Part shown: positions 55,010 to 64,000 of the stretch, one piece after another
Layout of the letters: every line of letters begins with the position of its first letter
How positions within the stretch are numbered: the first letter of the stretch is position 1
From: Octopus vulgaris
Taxonomy: Eukaryota
NCBI GenBank assembly: GCA_951406725.2
Contig: OX597815.1
Coordinates: 171,430,001-171,494,000 of the forward strand
Length of the DNA: 64,000 bases
Reading direction: 5' to 3'
The notes under the pieces: generated by a model
Told to the model about the DNA's origin: nothing
What the model saw: the letters and a program-made list of their open reading frames with translations, nothing else
Database searches by the model: none
Translations under genes and position numbers: made by a program

Positions 55010-56325
55010 AAAAATTTAGATTCAGATGAATTAGGTACTTAAGTTGAGGAACCAGAATTTAGTACGGTATTATCCATACAATTCCAAAATAAGGTGATTA
55101 AATCAAAATAAGCAACAAGGATATCCAGAGCTTATGCAGTACGATCGTTTCAAGCAACTCCATTTAACCGAACAATGCAATCATTACCTCAATTTAAATG
55201 TAGAGCAATCCTCAGCTGCATAAAGACAAAGAATTAAATTAAATTTAAACAGATGGACACATTAGTATAATTTTACTTAAAACCTCCAAGAAGGTAAGGA
55301 GATAGACAAATAACATGCTGTCTTCACTTCAGCTTAGAAGCTACTTAGATATCAGGAAGAAAAACTTGATAGTGATCTAGCTTGTCACTGTTTCATGGGA
55401 TCAGTTTTAATTTATAGACTTGTTTATCAACTCTTTGTATATCTAAGGCTAAAGAACAAGGAGCAGTGTCTGCTAGGAAGGGGGATGAGAGAGTCGACAG
55501 AAATTATATTGGGTATAGTCATAAAAACTATTAAGATTAATTTGAAGTAATATAATGAGATTTGGTAAAGGAAATCTCAAATCAAGATGTTAACTGACAA
55601 TTAAAAGGGCAAACCACTAGTAGACCATTGATAATGATACAGGGGAAATTTTATCATGGGGTACTATAATTAAATATTTTAAACAATATTACCATATTGT
55701 ATACAGTTAAAATTTAGGGTTATTCAGAAGATTATTAAAAAGAATATTATAACGAAAGGATAAAAAGTTTTTTGATTACTTTTGACTATATACCAAATTT
55801 TACCACAATAGAGGGAGGAAAAGAAATTGCATAAGAATAGTTTAATATTTATACATATTATATACTTAAATACTATCTTATTATATGGTATCAGTGAAGA
55901 TTGATCAATTGGCATTTACTGGTATTTAATAAAGGAGTACTGAGGTAAAAGAACATCCTAACTATAAATCAATTAAATTATAATCTTAAGCAATTCATTT
56001 TAAGTAGTGAAGATACCAGTATTGCTTTATATAAGCTAAGTATGAATTTCTAAGAATACAAAACTTAGATTTATTTTATAAATATAGGATATCATAAAAT
56101 AATAAAATAATATAATAATCCGGTAGGGCAGAACAACATAGAAAGGGAATAAAATAGCTTAATCACTAAAAACCATGATAAAGTATATATATACCTTATT
56201 AACATCTGGGTATCCTTGTTGCTTATTTTGATTTTAATCACCTTATTATGAAATTGTATGGATAATACCGTACTAAATTCTGGTGCCTCAACTTAAGTAC
56301 CTAATTCCTCTGAACCTAAATTTTT
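55010..56325. repeat. ~120-bp inverted repeats (55010-55129 / 56205-56325) around 1.07 kb; probably Penelope-type inverted pseudo-LTRs
   Basis: Direct reverse-complement match; hammerhead motif abuts the left arm. Confidence 0.75.
55132..55223 (-). ncRNA. Type I hammerhead ribozyme motif
   Basis: ttatgcag-CTGAGGA-stem II-GAAA-cgatcg-TA-ctgcataa; 8-bp stem I, palindromic stem III. Confidence 0.72.
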
Positions 56326-56399
56326 GCTATATATATATATATATATATAGTGTGTGTGTGTGTGTGTAAGTGTGTGTGTATTTATATATCAGGGAGAAT

Positions 56400-56990
56400 G
56401 AGATAACAAAGCCAAGGTTTTGAGGAGTTTTCAGGATAGACATTTTTCAGTCAACCATAGATACAGAAAGCTCTTCAATAGACATAACTTAAAAATCAGT
56501 TTCAGCTCAGATACTAATTTAAAAAATATAATCGCACACAACACACAAAAACCACAAAATGAAACCAGCTGTTCATGCAGGGAAAAAAGTTTGTGCCCGC
56601 TAAATGGAGTTTGCATGTTCGAGACCATCATTTATGAAGCCACCGTAGATTCTACAACCACTAAGGACACAGTTTCGACAAAGAAATATGTGGGCCTTAC
56701 AGAGGGGTATTTCAAGGTCAGGTTCAACAATCACATCTTGAGCTTCAGGCACTGGGATAAAAAGGAAACGATCAAATTATCCAGTTATATATGGTTCTTA
56801 AAAGATAAAGGTGTCAGTTACAATCTCCATTGGAAGATCTTAGCCAAGTGTAAGCCTTACACCAACGGCAGTGGAAAGTGCGGTCTTTGTGATATTGAAA
56901 GATAGCTACATGTCTAAATTCAAGAACTGAACTTTTTGGAATATGTCCATATGTAGCTAAATATTTGTTACGCTTTTGGTCTCCCCAAGA
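56400..56990 (+). mobile_element. Penelope-like (Neptune-type) Cys-linker plus GIY-YIG fragment
   Basis: CSCREKSLCPLNGVC, IIYEATV, KYVGLTEGYFKVRFNNH, WKILAKCKPY...KCGLC. Confidence 0.85.
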
Positions 56991-57258
56991 TCACAGATAG
57001 ATCTTGCATTTTATTTTGTGTCCATGTACAAGCTTTTTATCTCTCTATAATTTTATATATATTTCTCATATACTTTTTACATACTTTTACATATTTATAG
57101 ATATATTTTTATATTTTTACACATTTTTTTCTGTATTTTACCTTTCACCTTGTTTTTTCTTGTGCATGTGCGTATATAGACGTGTATACGAACCTTTCTG
57201 TGCGTGCGCATGTGTGTGTTCATGTATGTGGATATGTATATATGTACATGTGTATGGT

Positions 57259-57296
<38 letters not shown>

Positions 57297-57411
57297 GTAT
57301 GGGCCAAAAGTCACGCACTAAAGCATTTGACATTTTTATTATTAGTTATGTAGTTTAATTTTGGTGCGTCACTCTTAGCCCATCCTCCCTTCTCCCCCCT
57401 CTCTCTCTCTG

Positions 57412-57489
<78 letters not shown>

Positions 57490-58016
57490 TATTAAGAATT
57501 ACAATTTTGTATTTTCACGTGGAATAAAGTTTTTACATTCTGCTTAACTGTGAAAGCGAGATATACATGCAATGTAAAACACACTCACACGCAAACACGC
57601 TCCTCATTCTGTAATGGCACAGAATAAGCAGTTTTTATTCAATTTCTGTGACCTGAGTTTAACTCAAACTTTATATGATTAATAGCATTATGCGTTAGTA
57701 TGTACAATGAACATGAACATGAGACATTCAATGAAATAAATACAGGATTCCATGCATTTAATCAGCATTTCATAGTGAAATAGAAATCTTATACGTTGAA
57801 TATATTAAGATTACGACTTCAGTGTGACCAGATACTATGTACATTGTGGATGAATGGATGGATGAATGGATGGATGGACGGATAGATGTGTGTGTGTGTG
57901 TGTGTGTGTTCTTATTGTGTGTGCAGCTATGTATGCCTCGATAGGTGTATATGTGTATTATTGTTTTTCTATATCTGGTATATCCGTATTGATATATATA
58001 TATATATATATATATA

Positions 58017-58420
58017 CTCTTTTACTCTTTTACTTGTTTCAGTCATTTGACTGCGGCCATGCTGGAGCACCGCCTTTAGTCGAGCAAATCGACCCCAGGA
58101 CTTATTCTTTGTAAGCCCAGTACTTATTCTATCGGTCTCTTTTGCCGAACCGCTAAGTGACGGGGACGTAAACACATCAGCATCGGTTGTCAAGCAATGC
58201 TAGGGGGACAAACACAGACACACAAACATACACACACATACATATATATATACATATATACGACAGGCTTCTTTCAGTTTCCGCCTACCAAATCCACTCA
58301 CAAGGCTTTGGTCGGCCCGAGGCTATAGCAGAAGACACTTGCCCAAGATGCCACGCAGTGGGACTGAACCCGGAACCTTGTGGTTGGTAAGCAAGCTACT
58401 TACCACACAGCCACTCCTGC
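58017..58420 (-). mobile_element. SINE B full copy
   Basis: Near-identical to 1980-2430 apart from microsatellite length. Confidence 0.9.
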
Positions 58421-58422
58421 GA

Positions 58423-58469
<47 letters not shown>

Positions 58470-58565
58470 GAGAGAGAGAGAGAGATTGACTGATTGATTG
58501 ATTGCTATGGACATACATACATACAGACAGACAGACAAACACACAGACAGACAGACAGACAGACA

Positions 58566-58706
<141 letters not shown>

Positions 58707-59089
58707 ATACAAATATAGAGCGAACGTGGGAAACCCCAGCCGATATATATATATATCCTATTATTCTGTGCATACACACAACCCGACCCAAATGAAGAGG
58801 GTTGCCACTCGACTGATCGTCAGTAAATCGCTGAAAGTCATTCTCTAACCTGTCGCCCATGTGAGTGCTACTTTCTCTCTCTGTCTTTTCAATCGCTGCG
58901 ATAATAGTGTCTCTCCCCCAGAACCAACTGGTTCTCTACCTGCTATACTCAAACACCTGAGCCTCTCGTAAGGGTTTAATTTGCATCTGGGCAGTGTTGA
59001 AAGAAATTGTACAATATACCATGCAGTGAGAACGAACTCAGGTCATGTAGTTGCGAAGTGATATTCATAATCGTTCCACCATCGTTATA

Positions 59090-60374
59090 TTGGGCCGTCC
59101 GGAAAGTTCGTGCCGATTTATAGTAGTTTACCTTTCGACTTATTTTAGAACATGGTTGAGTCCATAAAATAGGATTTGACTACATCTCCATTTAGAGCAC
59201 AGTTTAAGCTATCTTTTCGTGGAAGAAGGTTTATGTTCCTATAACCTGTGTCAATTCTGTAACCCTTTAAAATGGAAGATAAGAAAGTTCATTTTCGACA
59301 CTTGATGCTTTTCTTTTTCCGTAAAGCGGAAAATGCCTCACAAGCAACCAAAGAAATATGCGCAGTTTACGGTGATGTTTCTTTATCCGAAAGAATTGTA
59401 CGGAAGTGGTTCGCAAGGTTCCGAGCTGGAGATTGTAGCCTTATTGATAAAGAGCGATCAGGCAGACCATCCTTTACAGATGATGGCCAAATCAAGTCAT
59501 TAACTGAGAATAGCCCACATTGCACAACTCGAGAATTGGCAGAAAGCCTCAACCTATCAAAATCCGTCGTTCATGAGCACCTGGTAAAGTTTGGGTGCAC
59601 AAATCGCTACGATGTTTGGGTACCACATGAGTTGAGTGAGAAGAACCTTTTGGATGGCATTTCCATCTGTGATTCGCTTTATAAACGGAATGAAAACGCG
59701 CCTTTTTTTAAACAAATTGTGACAGGTGATGAGAAATGGATTATCTACCAAAATGTTCAGAGAAGGCGATCCTGGAGTAGGCGACATGAGACACCCTTAG
59801 CCACCCCAAAAGGGGGTCTTCACCCTAAAAAAAGTCTTGCTTTGTGTCTGGTGGGATTGGAAAGGAATTTTGTACTATGAGCTGCTACCAAGTAACCAGA
59901 CAATTAATTCTGAGAAATACTGGACACCACTGGACGAATTAAAAGCAGCAATTCAAGAGAAACGACCAGAATTGGCCAACAGGAAGGGTGTTGTTTTCCA
60001 ACATGATAATGCAAGACCGCACGTTTCTTTGAGAACCAGACAAAAATTGCTGCAGCTCGTCTGGGATGTGTTATCCCACCCCCCATATTCACTAGATATT
60101 GCTCCTTCGGATTTCCACTTATTCAGGTCTCTGCAGAATAGTCTTAATGGTAAAAATTTCAATTCCTTGGATGACATAAAAAGATACCTTGATGAATTCT
60201 TTGCCATGAAACCACCTCAATTCTGGGAAGAGGGTATTTTCAAGTTAAAAGAAAATTGGGGAGGCATTGTGTAACAAAATGGTTCGTATTTGGTTGATTA
60301 AAAATGTAATGGCAAGTATTTATTGACCATTTTCTTTCCTTTAAAAATCGGCACGAACTTTCCGGACAACCCAA
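59090..60374 (+). mobile_element. Full-length mariner (DD34D, mellifera-subfamily-like); transposase 59272-~60301 with one frameshift and one late stop
   Basis: TA flanks; ~30-bp TIRs ttgggccgtccggaaagttcgtgccgattt / aaatcggcacgaactttccggacaacccaa; WVPHEL, TGDEKW, HDNARPH, YSLDIAPSD, with 34 residues between the second and third Asp. Confidence 0.97.
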
Positions 60375-60390
60375 TATATAAATATACATA

Positions 60391-60421
<31 letters not shown>

Positions 60422-60489
60422 CATACATACATACATACATGTGTGTACAAGTGTATGTGTATGTATGTGAGTGTGTGTGTGTGTGTGTG

Positions 60490-61197
60490 ATTATTCAATT
60501 TTATTTCAAGAGCCGCTTTCTAACTAGATCCAAGGCTCCTTCATTAGAATTTCTCCAACATCAGCGGGGTATTTGTGCATGTACGTGTGGATGAACGCAG
60601 TATTGGGAGTGAGTGCATGTGCAGATATGTAACATTTTTTATGTATATATTCTCACGCATATAGTTGCATGTCTAGGCATGCACCTATATACTTAAATGG
60701 CGGCGAGCTGGCAGAAACGTTAGCACGCCGGGCAAAATGCGTAGCCGTATTTCGTCTGCCGTTACGTTCTGATCTCAAATTCCGTCGAGGTCGACTTTGC
60801 CTTTCATCCTTTCGGGGTCGATAAATTAAGTACCAGTTACGCACTGGGATCGATGTAATCGACTTAATCCGTTTGTCTGTCCTTGTTTGTCCCATCTGTG
60901 TTTAGCCCCTTGTGGGTAGTAAAGAAATATATATACTTAAATGGTAAAGTTCTGGAAAGTTTTACAAATTTTTACTGTTCCGATGATTGCTCAGCTTGAA
61001 CCTGCAGTCTTTGAATAAGCTTTCATTTTTCTGGTTTTGAGAAGCTAATTTCTCAGAACTGGTGCTTGGGCAGTTTGTTACATATCCCAGTGTTCCAGTA
61101 ATTACAGGTATAAACCTGAACTTGCGATATGGGTAAAGTAACTTTCAATTTCTTAAGAGTTCAGCAAAAGAGTTTCCGTTTTCTCTTATCTTTAGCT
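60490..61197 (-). mobile_element. RLE-type LINE 3' fragment, same family as 11655-12040, interrupted by SINE A
   Basis: Collinear nucleotide similarity (catatcccagtg...aataattacaggtataaa). Confidence 0.7.
60699..60929 (+). mobile_element. SINE A with a 13-15 bp TSD, inside an RLE-type LINE tail
   Basis: tatatacttaaatgg at 60686-60700 and 60930-60944. Confidence 0.9.
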
Positions 61198-61392
61198 TTA
61201 TGTATGTATGTATGTATGTATGTATGTATGTATGTATGTATGTATGTATGTATGTATGTATGTATGTATGTGTGTGTTTAGAAATATACGAAGAATAAAT
61301 ATTGAAACACTAAGTATGCGTGTAAGCAAATATAAAACGCAAATATATGTGTTAGACATGTTAGCACATGTAACTGTTATGCATGTTCTGAT

Positions 61393-61471
<79 letters not shown>

Positions 61472-61635
61472 GCACACACACACACACATATGTTCCTTCA
61501 ATGGTTAGAAGTTGAGCGACTACCTTTTGATACAAACAGAATACAGGTTACGCTTTCAAGTTTTTTGAATAAAGTTTTCAAAACTAACCCAATATGTTTA
61601 CCATTAATTCCGTCAAATAATCACGTGTTTTGCTA

Positions 61636-61679
<44 letters not shown>

Positions 61680-62002
61680 CATTATTATCATTACTATTAT
61701 CATTATTATTATCATCCGGGCGGATACCGTGGTAGCTCTCAGCTATGTTCCAGGTTACGTCTATCCGCGTCGATAAGTATTTATCGTCTATGACTACTAG
61801 GAGTTGTCATTCATGCTGTAAATTCCTCTAATGGGTAATTCTATGTTCGCTTCACTGGATGGTAATATTATTTGGAGTGTATATTTACAATAGTTATAAA
61901 GATAATGAATATGGAAACTGGTACGTCCTCAAAATTTATTTCCTTTTATACAATGTCATACAGCGTATTCTTATTATTCAACCAGTATGTGCAGTTGCAG
62001 GA

Positions 62003-62395
62003 AAGCGGCGAGCTGGCAGAAACGTTAGCACGCCGGGCGAAATGCTTAGCGATATTTCGTCTGCCGTTACGTTCTGAGTTCAAATTCCGCCGAGGTCGAC
62101 TTTGCCTTTCATCCTTTCGGGTTCGATTAAATAAGTACCAGTTACGCACTGGGGTCCATATAATCGACTTAATTCGTTTGTCTGTCCTTGTTTGTCCCCT
62201 CTGTGTTTAGCCCCTTGTGGGTAGTAAAGAAATAGAAATAGGTATTTCATCTGCCGTTACGTTCTGAGTTCAAATTCCGTCGAGGTCGACTTTGCCTTTC
62301 ACCCTTTCGGGATCGGTTAAATAAATACCAGTTTCGATCTAATCGACTGTCTCCCTCCCCAAAAATGTCGGGCCTTGTGTCTAGAGTAGAAAAGA
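62003..62395 (+). mobile_element. SINE A head plus body, followed directly by a second headless body
   Basis: Junction gaaatag|gtatttcatctgccg at ~62241. Confidence 0.85.
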
Positions 62396-62496
62396 ATGAG
62401 CAGTTGCATATGCAACAGGGCATAATTTTCTGTGCTGCTTCGTTCGCCCGATTGCACACACTACTGCTCATATTCTGTACAGAGAGAGAGAAAGAG

Positions 62497-62532
<36 letters not shown>

Positions 62533-62820
62533 TGTGTGTGTGTGAAAGAGAGTGAGGAGAAGCAATTATGCGGATAAACAAATTAGATAATCAAATATAT
62601 TAAATATAACTGTTTAGGTACGAGACCCAAACTATTATATTTAGTATATTTAACGTATCTAATCTGCTTATCTGCATAATTCCCTCTGTACCCGCCCAAA
62701 TGCATTCTCCTTATAGTTTTTCTTTACTTAGTGGAATCGACCCCCACCCCGCTATAATGACATCTTTTGTGCACTATTTAATGTTCTCTATACGCAGAAT
62801 CTCTGGATCTCATCTGTGGA

Positions 62821-62877
<57 letters not shown>

Positions 62878-63229
62878 ACGGGCTTCCACACGGTTTCCGT
62901 TTAAAAAATACACTCACATGGCTCTGGCTGGATCTGGGATACAGTAGTAGACACTTCGCTGAGGTTGCAAAGTAAGTCTCTTATCTACACAGCCTTAATT
63001 GCGGCCATGTATATATGTGTGTGTGTGTATGTGTGTATAAACGCACGCACACACACACACATATATATTCTCTTTTACTCTTTTATTCTTTTATTTGTTT
63101 CAGTCATTTGCTTGAGGGCCGCCTTTAGTCGAATAAATCGACCCAGAACTTATTCTTTATAAGCCTTGTACTTATTCTATCGGTTGTCAAGCGGCGGTTG
63201 GGGGACAAACACAGAGACACAAACATATA

Positions 63230-63262
<33 letters not shown>

Positions 63263-64000
63263 GACGGGCTTCTTTCAGTTTCCGCACACCAAATCCACTC
63301 ATAAGGCTTTGGTCGGCCCGAAGCTATAGCAGAAGATATTTGCCCTAGGTGCCACGCAATGGGTCTGAACACAGAACTATGTTGCTGGTAATTTTGAGGA
63401 AAAGGCAAGTCGACTACATCAAACAGTTCAAATGAGTTATCGGTGATATGAAAAGCTCAAGTGTGAAACTTAACTACATTTGTCAGAGGGATTAATTACA
63501 AAGCTACGAAAGACGCCCTGTAAAATAAAACCAAGCATAATATCATATAACATTGTAAACTTGATTATTATGTACATGATATACACCAGTGTTTAAAATG
63601 TAATTATCATTAAGAGGATAGCTAATATCAACACGTAGTTACTAGGACACAGCTACCGCACAGGGTACCATCTACTGACGGGAATCGATTCAAAACTTTT
63701 AAGAAAGTAATAAGCAATCCACTGACACGCTACACTCTTCAAGTGATCCACCAACAGAATGAGCGTCACTGCTAAGCGTGACCAGATTGTAATTCTAAAT
63801 GACATTCCGAATCCTTATGAAAAGCTTCCAGAGATTACCGTCACTTCTGCTTCATTTACAAGGAATTGGTATGAGTCGAACAAAAGAATAGACATTTTGT
63901 CAAGGTGAGGTATTTAAGAGGATAGAACGACGGACCCTATATTTATATTTCTGTGTGTGTATATATATGCATGGGTGTGGGTGGGTGTAAATATATATAC

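Noticed and set aside
58780-58860. MGDRLENDFQRFTDDQSSGNPLHLG as the innexin first exon
   Set aside because: No convincing phase-2 donor, and no innexin-like features.
59821-59840. A7 run as a programmed ribosomal frameshift
   Set aside because: Restoring the frame needs loss of one base (+1), not the usual -1 slip; mariner transposases are single ORFs, so mutation or sequencing error is simpler.

Overview
AT-rich, microsatellite- and transposon-dense animal genomic DNA. It is probably molluscan or octopus-like, inferred from the innexin, the repeat landscape and the SINE types; this is not proven. Two host genes are visible, both on the minus strand. (1) An innexin gap-junction gene has almost all of its coding sequence in one large exon (45945-47151). 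(2) A secreted astacin (M12A) zinc metalloprotease is essentially missed by the ORF track; I assembled it by hand from seven small phase-compatible GT-AG exons (12600 down to 633, 221 codons, [12 protein letters not shown] zinc motif, SVMLY Met-turn), and it probably continues beyond the left edge. The rest is mobile DNA: a nearly intact DD34D mariner, a full-length decayed Tc1, other mariner and pogo remnants and MITEs, non-autonomous Helitrons, three tRNA-derived SINE families, R4-like, Tx1-like and RTE-like LINE fragments, and Penelope-like fragments with hammerhead-ribozyme motifs. There are also several foldback structures and one complex templated inverted insertion. Most short ORFs in the track are microsatellite artefacts. 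Repeat boundaries are approximate unless termini are quoted.
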